A stretch of DNA of 64,000 nucleotides. It comes from Ramazzottius varieornatus. Lineage: Eukaryota > Animalia > Tardigrada. Where the stretch lies: NCBI GenBank assembly GCA_001949185.1, contig BDGG01000003.1:3579158-3643157 (forward strand), written 5' to 3'. A model generated the notes under the pieces. It saw only the letters and a list, made by a program, of their open reading frames with translations. It was not told where the DNA came from and searched no databases. Numbering within the stretch: position 1 is the stretch's first letter; each line of letters opens with the position of its first letter. Both the position numbers and the translations under genes were made by a program. This document shows positions 50,242-62,092 of the stretch, in pieces.

Positions 50242-53200
50242 ATGTATCCAACTGTCCGCAAGAAACTCATCCACATGACTCGGCGAGCTCCCCGTCCAGT
50301 TCTTGTTGCCGCCATCCTTCTGGTCGTACTGTGCCCTTTTGTTATTCTCCATCTCTCCTGGAGTATCAACGAAAATGCCTTCCCTTTGAGCGACGAATCT
50401 TCCGGCTCAAAGTTACGGGGACCTCAAACAGAGAGTGCCGAAAGAAGGGTGAGAGAAAACGATGTCCAACACGGGAATTCCGAAACCAATGTAGCGGTGG
50501 CGCCACCTCTGCTGGATGCAAAGGAAAGCCAATGTCCAGCTGCTCCACGAAATCCCGTTAAAGCGACGTTTGATTTAGCAAATTTGACCAATACGTTAAC
50601 GGATCTTAAATCGAACGGCGACGATGGAGTATGGGACCAGGATATGGAAGAGAACTATCAGAAGGTAAAACCTAACGGCCAAGCTGAAATTTGTCCGGAC
50701 GCCAATGCAGCTTCTGGAACTATGTAGTAAATTTCTCATAAGGACAACTCACGTGGGCGTATTTCGTAGAGTCGGACAGAGGCACATCAGGCTGGAAGTT
50801 CCGCCAGTTCCGAGAAGCTCTTGGTATTCGTGGTACCATTTTCCCACGCGGATCCCGGTGAGCTATGCTGTAATCGCACGGCCTGTCAAATGCGAACAGT
50901 TGAGCGAAAAAGTCAACAATCGTTCGTATAAGTCGATTTCAGTCTACTGTTGGTTTTCAGGCTGGTTGAACACGGTGGAAGAATATTTCGCTATATCCAC
51001 CAACTTCACTTTGAACAACATGTTGAGGCGTTTAACAGAATGGAAAGATATGACATTCATTTGGGCGGAAACCTCGTACTTCAAGATGTGGTGGGAAACA
51101 TTGAACGCGGAAAGACGTAAAGCTGCGAAGGACCTCATTGCTAGCGGAAGACTGGAGATCGTCAACGGAGGATATGTCATGGTAATGCAATTCACGACGA
51201 AATCGTTACTGCTTCGATTAGAGGAACTATTCCTGTTTACCTTTTTCTGCGAAATTTAGCCCGACGAAGCCACCTGCCACCAGTACGCAATCCTTCATCA
51301 ATACGTTTACGGCAAGTCAGAGATAATCCTCCAAACGAGTCGAAAAAAACATTTCACGATATGGGACGTGGGCAAATGATTTGAACGAGGTTGCTTTCTC
51401 AAGTGGCGCATATTTTCAGCCAATAACACTGTAAACATGCGCTACTGGAGCTAACGATCTGGTTCAATTCGTCCTATACGAGATTGGGCTATGACGTCGC
51501 TTTGCAAATACGTCATCCTCTTATCCGTCTTACAGGCCATCAATGGTTACTGGAGAACTTGGGCGTGGTTCCCCAGCACGGCTTTAGCATTGATCCGTTC
51601 GGCCACTCGTCAAGCATGCCGTATTATCTAAAGCAAGTAGATCTCAAGACAATCTTCATTCAAAGGATCCACTACAACCTGAGGAAACACCTTACACAAA
51701 ACCACGCAGCTGAATTTATGTGGCAGCAGCCATGGGACACTACCAACGCACACAGCATCTTCACGCACCTGGCACCCAATCATTTGTACACCATCCACAA
51801 TATCTGTGCTCTGTCAAAAGGCATCTGTGAGTTTTTCGACTTCAAGGACATAATGTTTGAGGTTGACCAAGCACAAATGCAGCAACACGCAAGCCTCCTC
51901 CTACAAGAGATGCGAAAGACCGCCTCTGTATTTCCGCATAACGTTCTCCTGTATATCCTCGGAGATGATTTCAGATGGTCAGAGGACACCGAATGGGAAA
52001 ACCAGTATTCAAACTTCAAACAAATCATGACGGTAAACCTCGCATTTCTTCATAAGAGACCTAGGCACATGTGTGAACTAGATCGTATCCAAGTGGCGCA
52101 CGTTTACATTGTTGTTGGCTGGAAACGAGCACCACTTGGAAACCGAGCTGGCTGAATTCCGTCGCCCACGTCCCACAATATACTGTATCTATGAATTATT
52201 AAATATGAAAACACCAACTTCAAAAATTCACTGAAGGTATGTGTAATTTGGCGGTTTTCTTTTGCAGTATCTGAACAGAAATCCAACGAACAATATTGAC
52301 ATGAAGTTCGGCACGTTGAAAGATTATTATGACGCCGTAATCAGAAGAGCTGGCTCCTTACAAGCTCCACAGCCCGCGAGCAAGCTCCCTACCGTCGAAG
52401 GCGATTTCTTCCCATACGCCGATAAGTTCGAAGATTACTGGACTGGATATTTCACTTCAAGGCCTTTCTACAAACAGATGAGTCGCGAGCTGGAACGAGA
52501 CCTCCGTACAGCGGAACTCCTCTTGACTTTTTCCAAGCTAAGTAAGCTCGGCCAGGCATCGGATTACATCGAGGACCTGGTTGGCTTAGAACGAGCAGCC
52601 GCCAGTGTGGGTCTCTTTCAGCATCACGACGCCATCACCGGCACATCAAAGCGAGCCGTAGCGTTGGATTATGGCAATAAACTACAGCACGGACTGATGA
52701 TGGCACACGCCGTCATACTGAAGAATATTTTTCGGTTGGCCAAACACGCCACTAAGAGCTCAGCGAAAGAAGCCAACATTATCCTCGAGAACTATCGTCC
52801 TTCACCTCAGTCTCTCCCGGTCAAGTCACCGTTGTTCTTCACAAAAGGCGACAAGGAACGTGTCGTGTACATTTTCAACCCTCTTGCAAGGTCCCGTACT
52901 CACCTAGTTCAGCTCCTCACCGAAACACCCAACCTCATAATATCGGACGCCAATGGCCGGAAGTACGCTTACCAGATCGGTCCAGCGTTGAACGACGCGA
53001 ATACCGTCGGGGCCTTCCTGGAATTCCTCCTTGTTTCATTCTACGTGGACCTCCAACCATTGGCGCTGAAGACCATCTCGATACGCTCACTCGGCCCCCG
53101 AACCCAGAAAATCAAAACCTCCCAGAGGTTCACCACGTACATGGCGAGCAATAATGCCAACGACATGGGAAATAGCCGGCGCGGATTGGCTGTCAAGACT

Positions 53201-54455
53201 TTGCCCGAAGAGAAAAAGATCACGTTTAGAAATTCTTACATGAAAGCGAGTTTTCGAGCCGACAATGGAAGACTGGAAACGGTAGAGAATTTGGTTGAAG
53301 GGTCCAAGCACAAACTCGAGATGGAACTGAAGCGATATGAAACGGCTGCCAGTGGAGCCTACCTTTTCCGACCAAGGTACATAATATAGATTATATTTGT
53401 TCAATTTCTCTAGTAATTGCTCAAAATAGATTTCATGTCGTGCTGAACGAATAAGACTATGAGTATTTCTTTCTAGTGGGATTGGGGAGCTCTTGCCGTA
53501 TCCCGTTACTGTAAGGGTTCTCGAAGGCTCCCTTTTCTCCGAAGTACAAGTCATCGCGAATTCAGTCGTGCTGATCGTTCGACTGTACAACACCACCACC
53601 GATCTCGGCAAATCTCTCGAAATCACCTTGATCAGCGACCTTACCAACATGTATAACGCCGAACTATTTCTTCGGTTTTCCACCGACATCGCGAACAACA
53701 GAACATTTCACACCGACTCTCTCGGCTTCCAGATGATGGAGCGAACGACGTCCCACGTCCTCCCTATGGGTGCCAACTACTACCCGGCCACCACGATGGG
53801 TTTCCTGCAAGACCCAAAAGCTCGCCTAACTCTCCATCTCGCTCAGGCTCATGGTATCGGCAGCCAGCAGAATGGCGAACTCGAAGTCATGCTCGACAGG
53901 TTCCTCATGCAAGATGACGGAAGAGGAGTACAAGAAGCCCTACAAGATCCACAGATCGCAAGAGCACAGTTGAAGATCCAGCTAGAGACTGATGGCTACT
54001 GTACCCATGACTGTGGTTTGAGGAACCCTTCCGATGTAGCTTTGAGGACCAACCAAGACTTCAACTATCCTCCTTACGTCACCCTCGAACAAGTTCGGTC
54101 GAACTTCGCGCTGTTCGACTACAAGCCGCTGGAGTCCGAGCTACCCTGTGACATTCATCTGGTGATGATGAAGCCTGTAACGTACAGCGTCAGCGATTCA
54201 AGGATTGGTATGATGTTCCACCGGCATGTGACGGACTGTGCTACACGGAGACCAAAGGATAGTTGTCTGGAAAAGAACAAGAACTTCAGTCTGGTGGAGA
54301 TCTTCGGAGATGTGTTCTCTAAAACGTACAACGTTACTGGTTTGAACTTCGTCACGACCAAACGAAAAGAGTCTCCCACGGAGTCTGTAAAGATAGATGC
54401 AATGACCATCACGGCCTTAGTAGTTTTACCGGCTGAGCTTCCCAAAGCGAGATGA
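50242..54455 (+). CDS. MAN2A1: Golgi alpha-mannosidase II (GH38), type II membrane protein
   Basis: N-terminal TM; PFSHADPG|WL, FIWAE, GGYVM|PDEA, IDPFGHS, QRIHY, LGDDFR, YWTGYFTSRPFYK, LFQHHDAITGT, SGAYLF, MLDR..QDDGRG. Confidence 0.93.
51362..51475. repeat. Intronic hairpin copy 8 (mannosidase GC-AG intron)
   Basis: TGGGACGTGGGC start; CAAGTGGCGCAT(51400)-25nt-ATGCGCTACTGG(51448). Confidence 0.85.
52053..52177. repeat. Intronic hairpin copy 9 (mannosidase intron 52033-52267)
   Basis: CAAGTGGCGCAC(52090)-25nt-GAGCACCACTTG(52138); ends GCCCACGTCCCACA. Confidence 0.9.
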
Positions 54456-54756
54456 CACTGAACCATGTTTCATATCGCTTGCCAAGAGATTTGCACCATT
54501 GGCGAGATTATTTAATTTTTACTTTTGATATTATTTGTACAGAATAAAATCTCTAAAATGGCTCCAACCGATGAGAATCCCGTTCGTCAGTTAACTCATG
54601 CTTAAAAAAAATTGGGGAATTTCGGAAGACTTCGACTGTCATGAAAAGCGGGTTCTCGAACCTGATTTCCGGTCATAGGACCGAATGCAGATCTGTTACG
54701 ACTTAGAAAACAATGGAACTAAAAATGAACCCAGAAAATTTGTCTCTTTGCGTGTA

Positions 54757-55877
54757 TTAACTGTCTTCGCGAAATCGGAACGATGTGGCACTCAGGGAAG
54801 TGAAGATATCGAGATACATGGCGTGGTCTACATGCGCCGCAATGACACCACCGCGGTGAACTGCGTCACCAGGCGAATAGTCAATCTCGTCGCCATCAAA
54901 ACTGGACAAACGTCCACCTAAGGCGTTCAGTATTCCATTGGGTGCACACAGGTCCCATTTCTTGATCTTAGTAGTGTGAAGGTAGACGCTAGCACGCCCA
55001 GCTGCCACCTCTAGAGTCTTATACCCGGCCCCGCCCGCGGATAACACTTCGATAGATTTCCCGGCAAACCCTTTCCTCGCTACTTCATCAACGTCCCCTG
55101 AATGACTGCGCGAAACTATGACCTTGATGTTCGACGACGAGGAAGTAGTGGGTGGTTGTAGGTTGGGGGATATTCCGTGGTCCTTCCACGCCCAGAAAGT
55201 TTGTTGGTCTTCCATGTCTTCGAAAGGCTTATGTATAACGCCTAATAGAAATCAATTTGACTTTGCTTTTCTATTTTAGTCTAGGTGACTTCACCCAAGT
55301 TACCTGCAACAGCTTTTCCGTTGACAGCGATGCCCACCATAGTTGTAACGTAGTTTAGGAGACTTTCGGTGTATTCTTGCGTAGCGTCCAGCGGGTCGAT
55401 CCAAACATGCAGGTCTCTGACGGGTAGGTTCGTATCGTCCGGAATCTCTTTTGACACCTCTTCCGGGCAGGCGATGTCCGCCGGCCCAACGTGGACATTG
55501 GCGTACTGCGACTCAGCTTCAGGATCGTGTTCTTCCGAAGTGACTTTCAGGTGGGGGAAGGCGTCCTTGAGCGTTCGTAGCATAGCATGATGAGAGCGCA
55601 TATCGCCGTCTGTAACTGGGTTCTTTAGCGATCCATCTTTACTCTTGACGTTCTTGATTAGCTTCTCGTGGACATTCTTGACCTCTATTCCGCCTCTTCT
55701 GGCCGCCAGTAGGGACACGCAGAGCAGTGAGCGAAGGCTGATTGTGGCCGACATGGCCGAATCAGCAGAATGCGACGACACTTCCGGTGCTGCAGTTAGG
55801 CCATATAAAACGAATAGTAGTACGGATGCAGCAACCAAGAGAATCAAGACAGACGCCGGACTCCATCGCCAGGACAT
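54757..55877 (-). CDS. BPNT2: Golgi PAP phosphatase (inositol monophosphatase family, IMPAD1)
   Basis: N-terminal TM; PVTDGDMRSH, SEEH, VWIDPLDATQEYTE, VSRSHSG, AGGAGYK, IKKWDLCA. One intron ~55243-55303. Confidence 0.93.
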
Positions 55878-56202
55878 CGGAACTCCTCGAGATTGTTGTA
55901 GCGAGGTGGACACCACTAGATGGATCTCGAAAGTTCACAAAACGGAAGACATGAGCAACATTAAGCCGACTTCGGAAAAATCGCAAACCGGGTTAATAGA
56001 GCAACATAAACATTGCGAGTTTCGAAGACGTAAGGCGTGGCTTCCCTCTTCTTCCCTCCACGGCTCCCCGGTGTTCACAGTATATTGATTGTTTGATGAG
56101 AAATCCAGCTTTACTGATGGGCCAATGAGACTTGAGTTGTCATTTCATTTGCGTCTCCGTGTGTCTTCCAAGTTCCTCTAGCTATTTCACAGCGTATTCA
56201 CG

Positions 56203-57464
56203 ATGGTCAAGATATTTGTAGGACGCATTCCTGGTGGAGTAGGAAAGGAGAAGCTTCTCGAGCTGTTCGGGAAGTACGGAACGGTTGGTGAATGCGAGAT
56301 AATCAAGGATTATGGGTTTGTGGTGCGTATATATACCTATGTATACACTTGGTATTCCCCTAGAATGCTGTTCACTTTTGAATGAAAGTTCGTTGTAGCA
56401 CTTGGATACAGAGAAAGCAGCGGAAGAAGCCATATCTGCTCTTAACAACTTCGAGATCGAAGGAGGACGACTTACGGTGGAGGTATTACTGCGTCATACG
56501 TTGTACTGATTTTGCTTGTAGCGGTCAATAGTCTGACTTCCGGTTGGACGTTTTTCCAGAAATCCCATGGTAAACCAGCCAAGAAGCGGGACGATTACCG
56601 AGAAGGACGCGGGACCGCAGGACCAATTCGCCGAGACTATGACCGTCGTGGTAGCGATTCCGGCAGAAGGTATGAATTGCTCACTGTTGCTTACTGCCAC
56701 CGAGTTACTTCGAGACTGGACGCACTATAATGGATGACGCGAACTATAACGAAGTATCTTGCAGGCCGGTCAGGGAGCGATCCCCGTTAGACAGAAGAGG
56801 AGATGGTTACTATCGTAATGATCGTCGAAGTGAGAGCGATAGTTTCGGAGGCTACGGCGGAGGCGGAAGTCGATATAACGGTGGACCGGGTGGTTACGGA
56901 CAGAGATATCCTTCCGCAGATCCTGGCAGCATATACGGAAGTCGAGGAGACGATGGCTATGGCCGAGGTGGGCCTCTCCCGCCATCTGTCAGACCTTACC
57001 ACGACAACGGCGGACAACCGTCGTACGGAAGTAACGCATATAGTCAGCCTAACTACTCTTCTCCCGCTCCGAGGTTCGAATATTTTTCACTCAGAAGCTT
57101 GCGCAAACTGTCACTGCATGACCGTTAAACGTACAATACAGTACGTTTTATGTCATTTAGGATGTCAGGGTATAACCCGGCGCCGGTTGGAGGATACGAC
57201 AACTACAACAGATACAGCGGAAATTATTCGCAACAAGGCGGCTCTGGGTAAGTCAATTCAAATTGTTCTGTGAAGGCGAGCGGATAGACTGATCCACACA
57301 ATGTCAGACTCGCTTTTGTCGTCGCCGACTCGCCGTTTCGAAATCTTCCGCGTTGACGACAGCCTATCGAGACGAAACCGTCACTTTCGTTGTTTGCGCT
57401 TTCTAGTTACTCAGATCGCTTAGGATCGGGAGCTCCTGCGGCTGGAGTGACGCGTCGTTACTGA
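56203..57464 (+). CDS. Single-RRM RNA-binding protein with Gly/Tyr/Arg-rich tail (RBM4/lark-like RRM)
   Basis: KIFVGRIP...FGKYGTVGECEIIKDYGFV|HLDTEKAAEEAISALNNFEIEGGRLTVE; RERSPLD; ends ...TRRY*. Confidence 0.8.
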
Positions 57465-57670
57465 GTTGCGGCCGTTGCCTTTGGCCATGCTATAAGTCGC
57501 GCGTCCTTCAGACGATGCGCGTACGACATACCTTCTCCTGTTCTTCAAGCTTCCAGTTCGACCTTGCGTACTGACTTAGCTCTTCCTCGTCGCGGTACGA
57601 AGTTACGGGCTCTGCTGGTGCGCTCTTATGTCACTCTGCTTAGATATGTACTGCTCTTGCTCGACAAAAC

Positions 57671-57802
57671 TGTAAATATTCGCTTCATCCGCGCAACACG
57701 TCATCGTACAACCCCGGTCCGGTTCAACGGATCGCGCAACCCCCTGCGGGGGTGCATCGTCACGTACGTGTACGTACTGCGCGGATGCAGCGAATATTTA
57801 CA
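57671..57802. repeat. 25-bp inverted repeat downstream of the RRM gene (probable 3' UTR)
   Basis: TGTAAATATTCGCTTCATCCGCGCA / TGCGCGGATGCAGCGAATATTTACA, 1 mismatch. Confidence 0.8.
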
Positions 57803-58545
57803 ATACACGTGCACGTTTCGTTTGGTAAGTCCACTTACACGCTTGCGATCCACCTATCTTGACCGCCGAGATTTGTACCACATCAGTAAAAATCATGAAA
57901 GTTTTCGATTAATGGTCGCCGGAGCACTTTCCCACTTCGTCTCAGTTTCGTAAGCACGAAAGATGTCTGTAAGTATGAAGTATCAGGTATAGTACGTCGT
58001 TGAACGCTATTCTCGGCAACGTGGGAAAATGGACTCGCGATGATCGCGTCGCCGCGATTCAGCTTCGTCTGGTTTCGACCGTTAATGCGTCGATCTTTTC
58101 GGGAAGGCACCTCATTATACTTCGATGGCTCGAGGTGCGTCTTGGCTTGATATTATCGTTCTCACGCTCCAGGTTGGGAAGGACTCGACTCGCCCGATGC
58201 CCGTACGCTCAACTCGAAAGCCCCGTTGCAGCAGGCGTTGTGAGTTGCAACAGGCGTTTCTTCGATTTTTTTGTTCGCTATAACTAGTGTAATATCGTAA
58301 AAATGACATTTTCATACCTTAGTTAATCGATTTTGCTACTTGTAGGGTAAAACTTACGCGAGCCTACTAGGAGAGGAAAAGTCACCCCTGCCAGCGAGCC
58401 CTGCACTGAATAAGAAGTTAAGAACCACTCTAAGTCACAGCAGAGGTTGGAAGGTGATACAGAACAAATCTTTTTTTATTTTTCTTGTTTCATTCTGCGA
58501 TCGGGCGTGATCAGAACAGGCTTTTGTTTCCTTTGCAGGGCGTAG

Positions 58546-59791
58546 TTAACGGAAGTCGGATACTGGTGGCGGTGGCTGTGGCATCGATGGGGATGGCGGT
58601 GGTACTGGAGCTGGGTTGTTGACTATGCCATTGCAAACGCCTTGAACCAGCACGCGCCCTCTGCTCGACATACCGGTAGTAAGGTCCGTGACTTCCACAG
58701 ACAAGACGAAGGAGAGTCTCTGGCCAGGGGCAGTGATCAAGTTGTTAACCAGTATTAATCGTCCGGTATTTGGATCGATAACAAAGTTGTTTGCTCCTCC
58801 AGATGATGCGAAGCGCATGGAGTTCGATGGACTGTTGACCGGGACCTGACCGACCAGAGTGCCAGCTGAACAACTGGACATCGTAAGCTGCGCCCCATTT
58901 GCGATTGTCGGTTTGGGAGTCGTACAAGGCAGGATGGACACCGGGACAGAAGCGGTACCACCGGGGAAGAAGGCCAGGACCTTGACGTTGATCGAAGAGG
59001 AAAATGCAGGTAACCTTTGCACACTAGTTATCATCCCTGTTGGATGAAACAGAAAAGCTCGAAATAAAAAAAAGGAATGAACAGAGGGACGAGGAGAAAT
59101 ATAGCTAGCTTGAAAAGCTGGGAGCTAGGAAAGGAATGCGCCATTCAAGATTGTCATGTTGAGTGGCGCACCCTCGCAACCAGAAGCTATAAGCGCTTGC
59201 GCCACTTCATCCAGCGACTCTGTTCAGTTCACAGCTTTTAGAACTAGAGATGGGACCTACAGTGGGCGGTTTAATGTTAATGCTACCTGTAGTTTGATCC
59301 AGGTTCAGGAGAGCGGTCAAAGGTGGCACCATGAAGTATCGGGTTCCTGGAGGAGGGTTGGTCAAGCTGACCATCCCTACAGCAGTTCCCGCTTGACAAA
59401 CAGGTCCGAACTGGTATGAGGGTTGCTGAAAGGTCGCTCTCGAGGAGGTTGTCGGGCACTGAACTTGTACGATTGCGGTCGCCGACGTTCGTTGGAGAAA
59501 TTGGTCCATTAAACGAACAATGAATGTGTAGGTTCCTTGGCCGGTGTTCGTGGCCACGATGGTACCTGTGTCGCCCAATATGGCGAAGGGCGCTGTCCCT
59601 GGTTCGATTTCGTAAAATGCGGGGGCTGTTGAGGAAACAATGCCAACCCTATCGCGAAGCTGGCAGGACGATGGAGTTAAGGAATAAAAGCTTTGCGTGA
59701 ACTGCTGAGCGCCTGCGTGGTTTAGAAGGTAAAGGGAAATTACAAGCAGTCGAAGAGTGCCGGAAATCCGAGACGTTACTGGAGGATACAT
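58546..59791 (-). CDS. Secreted protein with ~3 degenerate cadherin-like repeats and Pro-rich tail
   Basis: Signal peptide (...HAGA|QQFTQSFY); repeats FAILGDTGTI, LNLDQTTG, FVIDPNTGRL...FVLSVEVTD. Intron 59037-59256; no TM. Confidence 0.65.
59119..59230. repeat. Intronic hairpin copy 10 (cadherin-like gene intron)
   Basis: TGGGAGCT start; TGAGTGGCGCAC(59160)-25nt-TTGCGCCACTTC(59208). Confidence 0.8.
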
Positions 59792-60156
59792 TTTGGATAT
59801 TTTGTCGAAGGAAGAACTAAAGTCAGCATGAGAGGTGTTATTATTGGGGTAGGTGCGCGATGAAGGCTAGGGCAGGAATGTCTATTTTTTTATTCCGCAG
59901 CCGATGCTGTCAGAACATCTTCTTGTGAATCGATTATCGAAATGGTTTCACTAGCTCAGCAATTCGCTTATTTTTCTTTTACAGCGATAAGAAACTAGTA
60001 TGCAGTTCTAGAGCCAAGGTTCGAACAAAGCTTGTGCGGCTCGAAGAAAGCTTTCTTGTGCGGGGAAAGATGAGGTGTATATGTTTGCATCAGCAAGGAA
60101 AAGTGATCGGTCGAAAATAGTAGTATGCCGAGATGGTATGGGTCGCTTCCAGAAAG

Positions 60157-61260
60157 TTATCCGAGGTCGACACCTAGGAAAAAGCACAAGTTTTTGAAAT
60201 TGAATGACATATGAAGTAATGACAGGAGTGAACTGGATGATGGTGCTGTTTGTTTGCTGCGGTTTTGGGTAAGAAAATGAAAAGTAAAAGACAGGAACGA
60301 GAAATCGAGTACCTGCTGGTACCCCAGGAGCCACAGTCGGGGGCGTGGTGATGACCCGTGTTGTTGCTGTTGTCGCTGCTGGGGCGGCAGTAACTGTGGC
60401 AGGAGCAATTCCCAAAGTTGTTGCAGCAGAGCACGTTGATGGGAGGTACACGTTAACACCAATGGTTCTTGATCCGCTGGCGTTTGTGGCGGTTACCTGT
60501 AGCAGGGCTTCTGTTCCCTTAGCAGATGAGCTTACGATTTCAAAGTGCGAGGAGTGAACTTACGGTAAAGGTGGCGGGATAGGTCGTGGGAGGCGTGCCA
60601 GTAAGGTAAAATTTTCCGCTGCTGGGCGAAGTGAAGGAAAAGGCGGAGGTTCCTGACAATGAATAGGTCACTGGGGAGCTGGAAGTGGCTGTCAGAGTTC
60701 CGACCAGCGATCCAGGACTGCAGGTCGATGGGATGAAAGTGTAGAAGGACGAAGCGAACTGGGGTGCGTTGGCGGACACCGCGGTGGTGACCGAAGGGCT
60801 TGGGGCTGTGGTGGTAGTCACGGTACCTCCGCTAGCGCTGCAGGGGCTCGTGGCAAACACGTTTATGTTGGTTGTAATGATGACGTTGGAGGGGCTCGTT
60901 GCTTGCACTTGCAAGACTTGGACGGATCCGCTCTGCAAAAAGAAAGATACAAGACGGGGTACTGGACCGAAATCCTCGGCCCTTGCAGACTGCGCGGCTT
61001 CGGCTCACCTGGACGTTGTTAATGAGGGTCAGAGCGCCGGTGGAAGGGTTGATAGCGATGTTGCTGTTTGGGTAGATGATCTGGTATATCGACCCGGGTA
61101 CCGTCGTTGTAATTTGCCCAATGACCGTTCCTGGAGTTAGTTGCGAGGACGTCAAGCAGATTTGATAGTAGGGTGCCCCAAATGCGAAAGTTTGAGCGCT
61201 GACCGTCCGACTCTGAGTTAATACCACGCTCAGGACGAGAAGAGCAATCGAGGTCCTCAT
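60157..61260 (-). CDS. Secreted protein with 2 degenerate cadherin-like repeats and Thr/Ala/Pro-rich linkers
   Basis: Signal MRTSIALLVLSVVLT; PGTVIGQI, IAINPSTGALTL, NAPQFASSFY...PGSLVGTLTAT. Three GT-AG introns; ends GVDLG*. Confidence 0.65.
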
Positions 61261-61738
61261 CTTCCCGACGAACGGCCAACCCAGTTACTGTCAGGTTTCA
61301 AAGTTACTACCGAAGTCAAAGACCCTGAAAGTTCCTAAGAATTCTGGAAGAGGCATTTTATGCTGTGCGAAGTTTTCAAGTGGAGATTTTTGGACGGCAC
61401 TCAGGACTTCCGTGTCGGCGGTTCTTCAAGGTGAATATCTAACTTTTTGTGCAGTGTGCAGTTTCTTAGGGTCTCAAGATTTCGGAATCGGCATCGATTG
61501 GTCTTGGAAGATGTTGAAGTGGGGAAAGTGTGGACCCGAGTACCTCTTTTCTTTTATGTTCTTCAGCTAAATTTGTAGTTAGTGCGTCAGAATGCAGGTA
61601 AGGGTCATTTTGACCGAGCATCGTTTGCTGGTTTAAAGTGTCACCAATCTCAACAATCGGCAAGTTTGGCGGCCTGGAGACCCACTTGGAATGTTGAAGG
61701 TAGTGCACTCGATTCTGTCGCGATGTTTGTCTCCGGAC

Positions 61739-62092
61739 GGCCCACATTAGAACGCTGGACGACGGAAGTTCCAGGAGGCATATACCGTTTGTAAGCTTCA
61801 GCTGGCACCGTGTGTGTTCTGTGAAGTTCATGGACGAGACGAGCAGCTTGCTGGTATAAATTTTAGTGGAATAATGGCGCCGGTCACCGTGTGAGATGGT
61901 CTCTATCCAATTTGCTATCGCCGATTGGGGTACCCCAATCACTGGTAGTTCACACGACAGAATCCATCGCACGCGGCGCAGCCAGACAAGCAGCAAAGCT
62001 GTTCGTCTCATCGGTGGACTTCATAGAGCACACAGGAAAAACGCACAGAAGGTATTGTGGAACTTCCGTCGTTCAAAGTTCTAATGTGGGCC
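61739..62092. mobile_element. Foldback MITE with GGCCCACATTAGAAC termini (PIF/Harbinger-like ends)
   Basis: ~110-bp imperfect inverted arms and a perfect 18-bp central palindrome GATTGGGGTACCCCAATC (61923-61940). No TSD seen. Confidence 0.75.

Noticed and set aside
1423-59208. Hairpin family as CRISPR repeat-spacer units, RSS/att sites or CTCF sites
   Set aside because: The repeats are inverted and dispersed rather than tandem direct repeats, the spacers are homologous to one another, no recombinase or cas gene is present, and the match to the CTCF consensus is poor.
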